Part shown: in pieces, positions 51,101 to 52,067 of the stretch | Position numbering within the stretch: position 1 is the first letter of the stretch | Layout of the letters: every line of letters begins with the position of its first letter | Assembly: GCA_012800525.1 (NCBI GenBank) | Contig: JAAZJD010000021.1 | Coordinates: 15,402 to 79,401 of the forward strand | Direction: 5' to 3' | DNA from: Clostridiales bacterium | GTDB lineage: Bacteria; Bacillota; Clostridia; Christensenellales; DTU072 | DNA length: 64,000 bases | Notes under the pieces: generated by a model | Database searches by the model: none | What the model saw: only the letters and a program-made list of their open reading frames with translations | Told to the model about the DNA's origin: nothing | Made by a program: the position numbers and the translations under genes

Positions 51101-51994
51101 AGTTGTAAAGGCACCTGTACTATTCCACCTATATTTTATTTCACCACCAATATTTGCAAGAGGTATTTGGCTACCATCAATACTTATTGCGTTGTTTGCT
51201 AATTTATATCCTCTACCTTGAGTATAACTTAGTGTAATTTTAAATTGACCATGTGCTGCCGCAATTTTCCCAGAAGGATCAATAATCGCAAACAAATAAA
51301 AATATCTATCCGCATCGTTATTAAATCCAGAAGATTGCATTGTAACCGTGTTTATGTATAAATTACTCTCACCCGAAGAAGAGGTTCCAGAACCTTGAGT
51401 TTGGAAAAATGTATTAGGTTGTCCTAGTATAAAATTTGAATAAGTAATCTCAGATTCACTTAGACCAGCTCTTCCTAGTGCAAGATATCCATAGTCAGTG
51501 CTCCAACCAGTCCAATATCGACTATGAACATAAATTCTTAAAGAACCCATTCTTCTTAAAGCAAGCATTTCATCACTAAGTTCAAACTTTAACCAGGTAT
51601 AAAAACTCTTGTCTTTTGTTTCACTGTCAACTCTATAACCCATTTTGTCAGTAGTAATTCTATAATTAGTACCGAAATCTTCTTCACCAACCGTGGCCGC
51701 AGTACTAATGTATCCGATTCTTGTTACATCTTCGCCTGCATTATGCTTATAAAACTCATATGAGGTGTCTAAATCAGAAGAATAAAATTTCTTAAATATT
51801 TGTGAATTGCGCCCCGTTCCTGGAGGACCAGCAGCCTCCACTACTGATATGTCACTATTGAGAATTGAATGAGATGTTAACCCTGAAGAAAATATTGCCA
51901 AAAAAACAACAAAAAACAAAGTTATGAAAAGCATCATAACATTTATGCGTTTTACATTTGACTTATTAACTTTAAAATTCGTAAATGTGTTCAA
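18155..51994 (-). CDS. Giant surface protein (11,279 aa): N-terminal anchor or signal, Listeria-Bacteroides repeats and paired unknown domains, a long MBG/YDG-like module array, and a C-terminal GLUG-type beta-helix
   Basis: 33,840 nt with no stop codon in AT-rich DNA. TTG start (51994-51992) lies 5 nt after AAGGAA (52005-52000). Hydrophobic segment MMLFITLFFVVFLAIFSSGL at aa 20-39. GY(T/E/R)F(T/L)GW motifs at about aa 327, 637 and 991. From aa ~1,305 to ~10,770 an 80-140-aa module recurs, with landmarks K-x-(L/I)-T-x-(T/S)-W, Y-(N/D)-G, G-D-x-V, N-A-G-x-Y and N-Y-x-L. The end is ...NPTVEPIGDEVPSI, with no LPXTG and no C-terminal TM segment. Confidence 0.9.
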   Translation of the reverse strand: MNTFTNFKVNKSNVKRINVMMLFITLFFVVFLAIFSSGLTSHSILNSDISVVEAAGPPGTGRNSQIFKKFYSSDLDTSYEFYKHNAGEDVTRIGYISTAATVGEEDFGTNYRITTDKMGYRVDSETKDKSFYTWLKFELSDEMLALRRMGSLRIYVHSRYWTGWSTDYGYLALGRAGLSESEITYSNFILGQPNTFFQTQGSGTSSSGESNLYINTVTMQSSGFNNDADRYFYLFAIIDPSGKIAAAHGQFKITLSYTQGRGYKLANNAISIDGSQIPLANIGGEIKYRWNSTGAFTTISGNTESSTLNFSSKTEVLNLEATLDVKGYRFLGWAIFSSILTSRPVINVTGVNVNNQNDLLLTNIKNKTGTALSGLAQWILGTNATSTNTVNLRRSSGTGYTEPLEGSHIYAVYSPVFFEVQYRPGDGGSFSNVTKYALPYAQYTTGGNDIFPGASSALLGWEDTLVPPSYYAPQTAYVLPVEPQTNTFVSGYIRSTTQYILIAKWALVSGDSVTGITATPYKRIFHDKYVDMYYDISISIPGMTVDKVFVKFSSGDLAGQYVMMDKDPDPAHPDGYIVPYASGNFLIMASVTKTMYTITYNASGWSFPSGQPNDNQKRYIEGIGLSSADLPVPTRSGYTFTGWRLNSTSGTLIKTHDQLKNVTGNITLYVDGESVSTTALTISNVNTFNQYIEYSIPNNSVSHYSSQKHTNVKYPERISGPNYQTSTQDGVYNTDAGEWGDAPGYGWKSRRMGNNTSASLRADYFIAFSGKALQYIRMGAKVEIYATAYLDIGAGRGGHATSGGQGSTAMRMGIIKGKPTTYEGLFNWNNSKENYDYYNGAGNYLMTGRVDTLSAGWHWNSNHWRYSNATGSAGTSDSPLIIDENCVGVTLSLFARLYDEHSSLWYGNFARARNMKVYVRFSQGLVETNTVTYKGNGGLIKGTSLTEYSQTFGTTVDNASHYPGDQSAINRVNAIRSTVQVPVAGNVFERSGYEFLGWSTLSDATSPDATYTVGSSYLNTHGQSYSIGSGGAISRSATPITLYAVWQQIGRVIASYDVFIGNLSEGGGIYYRPRMPKVRTGDYSLPSNPQTGENFNYNGFVRSTSQSGVYHLTYNSLILIDDTTSDYTAEYKYKNSSGVPIAYPYPNPIPSSTTNITHNMIYCYVWELFAPGVSATDKEVVYGTSVNLKDCLNFASIPAVQLSSNTTYKVANGKDAAEGTGWTRNSNLIGDTPSSDHQNYWRDPTNNRGVIFEHVESTAYLAANIFQATVYYQRNMGNNIVLTSVKSNAITGASGGLKVFIYPIVLEVSIDMSSTKTYDGTAQSPYFDIEAKTANQVVTPGVNVANVYENELGDLENIFAHTNRGLKFITSYQYKNLIASESANPPVDGVREFKNAGAYSLISLRPAYNESDPNAEKRNYNYAFKIGPTNQSANSGESYIPKSGFSTLARDLKDTTVFNMQAKNLDVILLYAKKSYGAAFDNTKVIIDDLSHLYDLSQETSHWLMFLDGMTTADMQTANIIDALKLLLVRQGYDTSTNQTSWQKTPADDTDPVKDPNGNTLYYEIALRAGKLLKSTYVNNTSDPFNAQYRNLANNYNFSAGALDYSSITDPALANMLNAFNIYADQDTVSQTINYQGTSETCFVGDYDPTATGAGSNKGVWLEMVQLEININWTTTNFTYNGTAQGKTGSVTGILTSQTVTFYVEKVGGDLALTPIAGNGALKITDLTSTDAGTYYAKLKITDHNYVLASGDEVNWEIKKAQISFSSASGYVTNGTYNTHGKMLTGTFTQKDFTTDNIYGAGLDYGYRWNISGIYSGDSVYFQLTRYNNTSFAHTGNEAFPGVSPSNIKLMTSYLTGYNCNSNPSNYTTITAATNATPYYFLAHNVGSYYFRISGSKSNLKNATSSPKFTTATPVGTNYYIGQYTDDYTQQTFMITKKALTLTWETVAAKTYNGAYQEILAFSVLGLQGLDEVKLKIRFPAGMQMVEEMSGGGEAHVVENPTTVTPPNLTKDHIMNKNIASSSSYSIRARDAKTYTVTVLQLEGTHKDNYDFSTDSKEATISKKVLSFTWNDMFNGTSTYIYCKDYIGPKLSIGNIQSQSGTLDSIKLKVRLPIGVKFQTQIRASGSDPFVNTDIVSPVPTNAVADYETTANVTNSTTNSFYRFLAMNVLPSGSTYKATIVEISGTHATNYTLTGASNLSKEFTINPKKFNVTPSATETLTYNGQSQGVTLTVTSSDLYAGDTVTFIVPSQGTGSNQYNYSGASGGAVSKPDYTVSLNVHSFKGVYANAYLSTVGYRVVIYGSANPNYYFENANGVISSTNPYTRDFVINQLKAGLTWGTLIFTYNGTTHTLTLPTVNNKVSGDTVNTAWNDGTGYTHAEKNKGNYVARISSTLSGTHALNYYLDSADLTKDWEIVAKLLTFTFSSSSPTYAKSFIEAANLGINGICTGDVIWLNMTVTAGVKMQYNSMDYFNPAITTGGTTLTNQLVAADTTYKLLAQNAGSYSITINTTSLAGTSAANYRIDATYGKTFSINKKIVAIIGWYTGDFVPGGSNTAYSSAHNQFTYDNTNKKVTAGYEVAASGAIYPNDEKVYYGDSINLSYTPSSGYQANIQKNAGTYNAIVQTLNTNYQLKNSNLTLQWKINQATIQIQFSEKAGDKISNYNYRYCGGNQGLYVKFTGIASSDYVKAAITLTGTFAVSEITSGVTQVENNVNYEFSAKHVNYNSGVISYKVSITQVADSKGDTGNASNYTYGGSFPVEKEFTIQQILLDFTWGATDITYTGSTINYPLPTIDNLITGDQARIYLIKDETLTSPDVWSAVNVGTYYAHLSSNVGVVGSTGLHDYRMPISTDPNYGKMIKQWKIVKRVIQVTQFASNDLTYNTNFQIAKILKVTGLQNASDDIKLKFRLSAYLKVNNYTDQVPPVIGSSVIGAGDYVTPTLDDYTMISSLSSDATTSSGQLLAVQAKYGRTAIYQVTVLSLDGAQASNYEISQVSFNFYVAQKSVNVAGWYIDSSGTTQYSSSSFTYDGSSKVVYPKDTNGAALAFYAGDSVTITYTGDSNSQINAGTYTTTVTLGTDLVSASYKLTGSTTLTNWVIAQRKIVLSWQGDTSATWSTQGSLLVVTYDSSAHYIFANITNKVALDDVALTYNTSTTYTDVSSTPYSRTVTGLSGTAKNNYTLNGVTNLNQEWNILQRTITFVWGSVSTITYNGSLQGIELAISNIAGTDVLSFVFNTTAGVEGTSIGNCTVSNDSANNKVTVTNTAVSLSVAFEAINYGTYTVSINSSTGISGAKAANYNLTGQTLSKSWTIGKKQITFTLTSSSPFTYIAQTEQGVVVKVNGIVAGDNIILSTNTTGGTLTTNELNGVAVNSSSNYNLKAIDAGNYSTVVSTTITGTSASNYELPAAVASRTFAFVINKKLIEIIDWYVGDFNPDGGNTAYTSNAFVYDGTTKKVTAGYNIGAATAGDKKVYNSDKNSISFLYNTGTNLNTQINAGAYSTKVSLANTTPSSNYTISTSDPKLTLSWQISPRIITINWVGDAPTSSWTDDSGTLSRVYDAAQHNIYAEISNKVGSDSITVTYGGDRNKTDAGSYSSSVASIDNSNYTLTGASNTSKNWKITKRIITISWSGADSFEYNAALQGVQLSASNFVTTEAVTLLLAMTSSNPVTVTSSNSTVGGADPNFTLASSQASLLANVQGKNAGSYQANVSLGAAFTDNYTLSGTVQKIFAITKKVISLTWSGASSFTYNTQNQGLTLTVSGILGSDANLVEFMLTIAGQVTLIGVGIITTGQRKLANGSHSFVATNAGAYSVQIGANPSGTSGANYSISASPSLTGAFTIAKKNITIQNWYVNSYTIGGSNTQYTNSSFTYNGTARTVVPGYLDGATLATDGRFYTSDLSSTPTFSYQGDTNTQTNAGSYTTQAEISSSSDLYANYVISAGATLNWLISQQTITVSFSGSSSFTYNGQNQGVTATVSGIIGSEQVKLTTTTNVTSKGFDSNTLISNGTFNFYSKNAGSYSVSVTGVNDTNYKLNNPPINSSFTISQLTIQLSWGTTTFEYNAGQQGPLLPTISNKINPDDVILSWNDGVDGGTTYSHLQTNKGNYDARISSTLTGLDAGNYTLTGVTLTKDWKIVAKKISFTFTASSLTYSGSYSQIGTLQVVGVFAGDTVKLNVNVTAGVRLTYSSNEYFDVTGGISTGGVTPTHGLSSGVTYGVLVKDAGAYTFTINTSSLIATHAPNSNYEIDTTYSQTFTMQRRALTLTFFEYYHTKLAAYSYEYDTTYQGVRVQVGNIVSSEQIYVYIGVTGGTPIKIYTVYNSGTNTFTNDLGSATNVYTSGGTSFDIGLTGVNYGNYSAAISHVIDTNGNSSATGGNYSLPTTKSQSFDIEKKELTIDWQSTTTYTYDKTTKSVTAVAGGLISPDTASFVYSETGELQEGRKLKSSAINYGLYRSLIVGLTAGSNTNYKLPTSGLYKDWQIDQRVVDITWPSTVSFVYDGTQKSVNGTISNIVSGDTVSLVYETTGTTNIDGVIYTYATSATNVGKYLSKVTGLNNNTDLNYRLPLSSETTLYAKLSKQWEITKRQITVSFSGSSTFTYDGTAHGIDVTFSNLIASDCANNLLGIVIKVSDGTTHNNVSIVTSGSVTSFIYQGVREIDAATYTVSLVSMSNDNYSIDLTQQASFVINKKTLTLAFSEVFTTGMRVGAPGSYEYTYSKGNQGIGLEITGIVKRGASPNYDAVTLTATSNAPGGSHSFNSVNDEITGSITAINVITGQYTANFQINHQNYALNILTNSKSWKIVPKGITILIYTLDDVLYNTSHNQFTYDGTTKGVKALPEITNVTANTSNPGVYSGDTVSFAYSGTQQAVNANTYNVTVNMASTSPSTNYSVNQSVTWKINQRTATISWVGENSAGSWSYLTMPEVVYDSTAHNIVAVVSNAIAGDTFTFTYTGNTSQTNANVSGTYSRTLTGVGNANYTLTGVANLTQPWKITPKALIGNWTGSLQYVYANTLYGPTLTVSGLVGTDTVSYDVATVISNSSDTIVETAVANCSITQTSAPGDPQTFRVAATSTATFSAKFEAKAYGTYKMKDVTLVSAAGSTNYTLDVDDFEWTIGKKKIVFTWEGNTSFIYNTANQGISLKTSTDSIYQNTSNPGGLDEVTLNLSLLGNFTVGNTTIVNVANNTSYPYQAKNASSYTITVLDLISGKDGHNYELDSSNVKVKSFTISAKEIYIAGWYVGDFVPGGSNTAYLADHSQFIYNNTSRKVTPGYDIGAANGTDKKVYTSDSPISFEYQADKDLNIQKNAGTYETIPKTISTGVSANYVVVSNASNPAALTWKINKSTVTLTISPSSPPTYTYDGQEQGISYAITGIANSDTISLDVDFEGPFTTKGFNSGESLAQNTTYHFKGKTVYIDGGTVKSYTITINSLTDSNGNSTTGSDCNYTLSKTDGSFKINPKTVTATWGTYNYVYNGLEQAVSLPQVNGKIAGDTVDFVFTADSVHKATNAGTYIAKVSTTLTGADANNYTFTGSQLSWQIATKALDLVWGDDPNETLLPDNFSYTYTAKLIGVELSVTGLITGESVGVNYTNDGLVSSTSNYASGSGTTPNLSSISKHYFASINASEGSTPSYYAIKATSLNNSNYHINPLSTKTKSWAIVKKTLGLGFTYTSTQQVTYDGSNHGIILTVFNIQANSSSVYDELTLTYTASSGLTCTTLVSGTTLISNTTYTFYAKNVLSGGYTLSITAIGGAAKDNYKATLPAQSTLDIVPLSLNVTWYGDTKAGAPSFDSNFETTYSGIERYVYADPTNKVAGDTIGFLYQNNTYTNASSTAYQASITQITGASANNYELSVSAQQARSWKINPREITISWFDYVDGNVRYKTTGYTAGQAGDIKVVINNIVTGETLPESVTYENAGGLPVLSPTNAGEYTATIGLTLGTNYVWASGASNKLGFKIYPYVISGSSLEWEYVITKAGLPPAVKAHTWGTPVTFVDSTSYHNFNVTSVDDTLVQNVTISTETYYGLCTCGLEATNISNVHINHQWPDPNQLPTNPKYVDLPNSGPMHAGKYWLTLNISGSNAANYVFDALDDGYSNATYFDDNSGVGPIKLKYPQITPTTFVHDIALTDLTQNSSTFGEIKTKYVLTFTINKKVQGFNPGSSVLDYTESYLGKYYRHEPYSSLPPASVLVDVTKRLDPSSGYTSLGTYTLTQYRNQPNNVKDVGDYEIHFYDTSGGSGGSDCDNEFGTVSSIALTVLILPKIIILDTYGNGKKEYDTTTTYQGFTAPTGSVAPASALWYDGLKITGDTVNYSAAYNSKDVVSADEIEFILTGTSAANYIVHLGDFTYFNDYRNPDDIEGAVDDVKTILTTSDITDLGITPKAITATWSTPQTFTYDGTTHHVKANLIGVYTSDSNDVTATYTGSSVSSAADVGNYSVEIDSLGGSAASNYTLGSTTYSVNWNITQRQLVLAWTSNNLDASSKAIYSSANNIGKILTISNIITGDTIKLTGVLTGEFVNANVLSTPVVGDASGEGSYDFFGRNVGIRTIAINGLAIDTSTDNANYTLTSTSSSFEITPKTVDLTWHTTAGHGFDSNFETTYDKTTKTIYGTLASGGLTTGDGKIYAVDYNDVGIAYLNNSKVNADSYTASASLISLNGTTAANNYTINSAHQSKGFKINTRGLTISFAPTTTASGYEDIYDTNKHGVIVTFVNIITGDVVTINPTLGSPSMLLEFVSGKYRITATLAGHYSVTIDQISGNSNYHLDLTSNPTGFTQDWDILQREVTLQWSTTTFTYNGASQGPALPTINNTITGDDVAISWDTNYTNTATNKGNYTAGISSTLTGDDAANYVISGALTQDWSIIAKTLSFAWQNYFEDYVTGSTQLTADAAISVSYDKDYYGKVLTVTGIIGADQVSLNYSLNSTNIQSNLSAGTLFGNATAITFKSNLALDSGYTISILSVDDNDNYALPLSNTLKSLTISRRELTFTWDAQTQFTYSKTEEKVEGTLSNIVTKSGTPDTVSITFDNSGNVLSGRMSKSRATNAGLYTSRIVSLTGADSANYKLASATVMNTNWEIKAKVAEFTWVGQTIYFYDKTQKSVVAQISNLESGDVLTFTYDNTGNIENSRELYNAATIAGVYRAKVLSVTNPNYTLTGTLSNLTFDWEIRVADITNVTLSNKTVTYDGNNHSIAVVETVTQYGDPISVTYEITPYGGLKQTGNSAKNVHIYNNAVSYYTVEATVDAGDNYNVLPLSAILQINQASIEFDWVKVSLDATNKAMYDASEHGFTVSTDDVIGTDTVKAQTNYQGAFVKKQLDSTVSLNNSTSYYATGVNVDTYIVRILSLDNTNYKLVGTLQQTFEITPITLTIDWSSQTSSYNYDKTQKTVEGTLVGVLTGDASDVYIVFDNSGTLATGRYLYSKATSANQYLSRALSIAGSKSGNYVLSSSGRDFEWEIKPRVLVISWNGLASYTYNNTTRNISASFTNVVSGDVVNITYITTGSSPAPNSRVYAVSAKNAGEYRAEIASVSNTDYTIVGSLNVYFDWTINKASVTNISLKGEEYTYDKNAHPITLVVNGTEIKSVGTSYTFNTQFGDSATINYEIKGYGEASFTSGNSATTVHISGGDVSYYIVKGEIAASANYNAYQSEANLKILQKDITEITVEANKTVTYNGSAHSIGYTPSPPGNTGLGDAISVTQTINGVSGNSATNAGIYTIVTTATVNTNYKDFVVSRTLTINKANMVNKADGSTITYANQTETYSSNLMYLNVESTTIGSSKKVTLDIKPTGVVLNPPYSGDVANISYKYSTTAGVYDTNFNGVKDANTYYLQATLTNQNYNDLVLTAVLTINKKNISDLSLYFVGYIQYYDAAYHAIGINTVDEVSYTLNTSVALLGSDTGTVTYTYKYNSGSGYPANASPFTSTTIKNAGSYQIFAAISGGSNYVSDNKNATVVINKVDITGITLQGTGTYTYNGAYQLVTVTKNTTQFNEVTTVNYTTTPPDVGVGVPANGAKNVGTYTIRATFNLGGTDINYNETYIEGTLKITKATMYNITGNSSTFYLLDATTDYSATKHYLNIQAQNISGLSNSQVTSYNIVPANNTSLTPTETGIATYTYKLTTGSTYTAFAGVTDAGSYNIKAIIQNSNYNDYELNAILTINKLERAVNWTGLGSTYTYNGFSQSSSVTASFDALAADGGTTNLTISYTYSETLGGTYLSASEFKDAGYYNFNVATPNPNYTLTNDVKALRMLKANVSLLFGNRSVGYTNTTYYLSANTIADYSGAYISSTNTTEHTGLGSDTWTIQYYVLSATGSYIIGDTVEPYSSGLTGDRADQFMGNKNAGIYNIIAIREESKNYNLWKKQGILTISKADIANITFLNDTTPVYDKTIHSIEITNTNNPNETQYGESINVSYNMNPLDSALDYSALTKNRAMSAGSYTVTATITAGANYNNLVLDATLGIAKATMYNVNDDQSLGDYYLHSKNNTDAKTYDGYTYFLNVVTTSTASSLSTSQVTSINIHPSTNLLATADTATITYTVSNITFTGAKNAGTYSIKAVLGNSNYNDLELTAILEIKPFKTTVTWSGIVDGDLNDIVYTYNAYNQASQISATYLQAAGDGGANIQLSVTINYKVSPELEWSAATEFKNAGYYQFIIAPPNANYTFDAGDIQRTKTMAKASIDYTFINSSVTFDNTTHYISAGTSTTLPCTDPYTTRPMSIDLLGSDTGTIDYKYTVDEQGFSYGGSWLEFNGGKNAGIYYIKAEISLSVSLAINYIPWNKQATLTINKATITNIDLEDKTVTYNGNLHEIEITANQTQHGISVSVSYSINPTDSATTSDKGAISAGNYVVSATVNATGADAANYNTLSLTADLVINKATMYNVDGTSSTFYFGAVVTDYNSYLQYLNVVTSSSASSLGSSKVTSLNISPVGEVHTDIATVTYKYSTTAGLYNMDFNGVKNKGTYYIEATLTNSNYISQVYTSSLTINPKQVTLVLSGYEVEPNVEASYTYNGGNQLSSLTSYYTPIGDDVLYGGYVVTVTPQISYSQNNDGTYVSVLIFKNAGRYRFAFNNDAASNYIFIAIQKELTMSKADIALYMLNNSVTYDTETHYLSASTSSLVANSTNQTEYQLLGSDTATVTYTFTQDEAGFAYIGGWVAFTGGVAAGTYYIRAVIDSTDITDGYLNYNVTSGKTTWVGEAILTITVSSILGLSLDGQGTYTYDGLVKIVELVNAESAEPVNTTQHGVVVTLYYTISPQDLAITYTGDLDKNRAKSAGEYVITATLNDPDKTGYNPNYTKLTLQATLTINKATMYNNIDESTVFYLHSLTGNDSLTFDGATHFLNVVTTSTETSLGTSKVTSLDIRPYKNAATIDSAAITYMYSNTPDVYNVAFNGARNKGTYYIKATLENKNYITQEYTAILTIKAYTATIVWVGFDDINGDPIDYTYNGASQKNQLNAYYEMAQYEQTVDQTTRNIDFDISRGSDPSQYILIGDFFSAGYYKFEARVNDAAHSNYDFTGSEQIQYLFMDKADINMYMVGRTHEYNGYTQYIGVSESSTVSNTNNATSINLLGTDTAKVTYTFITPENPTPSAFNGQKDAGTYTITASIAVDTNAHGSGDNYNAWPNTTSPNANKANLVITKKALTVTSTSSPSNWTKVYDSTTEYDAFTVSGFVTNESNVNESTLFDVIATYQNKNVGTNKTISFAVLDKVTSETSINYTVSQVTTGVITAHKLQPTLTTWTKVYNGNDFYDRITSFVTTPFAGIYTGDTLYVDAYFNSKNVNAANYITFTLSGDDAGNYAIDNVTTNVSITKRSASVTWGETQIVYSGTTNVTTAYFELVGDDRTDENEGKESLIVKYYEYGTSDELAFRNVGKYTGKATINSASTDAGGEPYVNNYNIILAESEKDLEIIAKSVNVEWANLPIPVEEVLKYVYIGAQQGANINAKIVVVGTDTAISGVVDNKMTLTITIRTGGEVVAQIKNAGTYTLTASITHVYGDGFEMRLNYSLNDAVKEIIVEKADINNIFFNGSDTFSYWEGEEHSYYVVATSADNAFSSTKTAIYYQYDTTIEIQVIYSGGDSQFAGGNTVKNVGEYTITATVLATDNYNGISGFITVTITKGDISDEFVYYDKTMDYKGEYVFLYLTQDEETPNDIFQNIYYPDSTTPSVVYEYLVPSTTGYWKVLTHTGEGGVITYEVVVYDSGVHENSDRYDYDTFTSTTARNAGFYFLRATIPATGNYTSFSDIAQLQIKKITRDVLWYITLPVQGKKALDQASIIFDGTNKYSALEAEINSVGTDGIFVEGVLVNKINLFIDPNKLIHEDTTKSSSEYTYSTTVNDYVFNGGVAGEFRMAGNYSISAEFDADEDNLYYYSTNYTLRLSPVQTRIEKLNLLVKWFRNGQTVEYIDTNPFVYDGNEHGVQPQGYGLLDVTVPIVLTANLEKNAGTYRSTITRIKGGDVEEDGILTDGNIWSSGTPQSGYLFDYNYKLPGDSSLDTSRFRDWEIIKRQLTIIQGTTQDLYKYYNGSTLFSLVSTSTTLTTTTAGSAEGMPISIAHVYRSTQIQGGSSYLWEIDNIIESDVENVTISIETINSYLRTGTDPDYVDTLKKNITANLSKIVFNAFTHQNYYLFDIDDESEVQNFEIYEPTSNQNNPLVVKPRPITLTKDNIVKGYDGEGFDLVLNSANHINTTEGLQVIASIKDGANDNAIINGIYEDDYFSGRIYIRGNDYQLNPVEGEYARDAGEYQIMVAAGLKTYDAENVTNYIVSVDTADATYTIHERWLSLEYNYALQDLYSIKNGNAKNVTINSIGMIADDEYPMTNAEFLALLAADSLSASSFEMKNAWLDDAMSSNVYTRFAGTKDYENNDSTKLGIRITNARNKHNYMYRAPVLQITGVRLQDVEDADKNYLFKLDSSEDLYHLSYDIENLKATLDNYQVGRHPSYYQLSDIIASYKGRPIVLRTISSFAGNCYGNGFNIIGLTIIASGTNQNTAMFNILTGKISGMNLRKTTVVANNSSYVAPIAVQVDGGIIENSSFEGVISAHAETKAVTVGGLVALLIRGDITNSYSVSKIFAKTEGNITVGALIGETIIENQAEQTITSVGSFIEAKLDNVPSGEVVNPIFNEVVGKGNTSITSNVIFKDGVVVNGARIEIDSAQTYDAIMNVDTVVSSIIYNWVLNRAYTGPSEGAGTRKGTLMEPFILSFYTQFSLIRAYPYASFKLARTFIIPHHIKASEVQLDLEFYGAGFDSNGKNIYSRTLSINTNLFKYIYPNTAYSKNPTVEPIGDEVPSI
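18752..19141 (-). other. GLUG-motif / right-handed beta-helix-like domain of the giant protein (aa ~10,952-11,081)
   Basis: YYQLSDIIASYKGRPIVLRTISSFAGNCYGNGFNIIGLTII resembles the usual Y-x-L-x-x-DIDL...PIG..F-x-G-x-(F/Y)-x-GNG-x-x-I-x-(N/G)-L cap. It is followed by VGGLVALLIRGDITNSYSVSKI and VGALIGETIIEN, which are GLUG-like turns. Confidence 0.55.
23110..29060 (-). repeat. Super-repeat family 2: five tandem copies of a 3-4-module cassette
   Basis: The marker K-A-(T/N)-M-(Y/V)-N has its Lys codon at 28801, 27883, 26635, 25399 and 24106. That gives periods of 918, 1248, 1236 and 1293 nt (306, 416, 412 and 431 codons). Module order inside a cassette: ITNI..TVTYNG..H | KATMYN..YLNV..SSLG.SKVTS | ..VTW.G..YTYNG..Q | KA.I.... 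Confidence 0.8.
39230..44400 (-). repeat. Super-repeat family 1: four tandem copies of a four-module cassette headed by a GWY...GG(S/G)NT(A/Q)Y module
   Basis: The Trp codon of the W-Y marker lies at 44368, 42967, 41719 and 40450, giving periods of 1401, 1248 and 1269 nt. A fifth, dispersed copy lies at 36298. Examples: IIGWYTGDFVPGGSNTAYSS, VAGWYIDSSGTTQYSS, IIDWYVGDFNPDGGNTAYTS, IQNWYVNSYTIGGSNTQYTN, IAGWYVGDFVPGGSNTAYLA. Confidence 0.8.
49220..49897 (-). other. Unknown N-terminal head domain, copy 2 (aa ~700-925)
   Basis: DYFIAFSGKALQYIRMGAKVEIYATAYL...VTLSLFARL...ARNMKVYVRFSQG aligns by eye with copy 1. It is followed by a Listeria-Bacteroides-type repeat (ERSGYEFLGWST...ITLYAVW). Confidence 0.45.
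51209..51787 (-). other. Unknown N-terminal head domain, copy 1 (aa ~70-262)
   Basis: FYTWLKFELSDEMLALRRMGSLRIYVHSRYW...RYFYLFAII...GQFKITLSYTQG. It shares the F-x-(F/L)-S-...-L-x-x-x-RMG-x-x-x-IY and K-(I/V)-x-(L/V)-x-(Y/F)-(T/S)-QG landmarks with copy 2. Confidence 0.45.
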
Positions 51995-52038
51995 CAGCGT
52001 TCCTTGGAAAATTGATTATTCTTCTCTTTATAGTTAAT

Positions 52039-52067
52039 ATTATAATATATTAATAAAGAGTATGCAA
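52039..52067 (-). promoter_or_regulatory. Candidate sigma-70 promoter of the giant-gene operon
   Basis: Minus strand: TTGCAT (52067-52062), 17-nt spacer, TATAAT (52044-52039), about 45 nt upstream of the TTG start. AT-rich DNA produces such matches by chance, so confidence is moderate. Confidence 0.5.

Noticed and set aside
18155-51994. Whether the giant ORF is an NRPS/PKS megasynthase
   Set aside because: There are no adenylation, condensation, ketosynthase or carrier-protein motifs. The repeats are 80-140 aa adhesin-like modules, and an N-terminal export or anchor segment is present.
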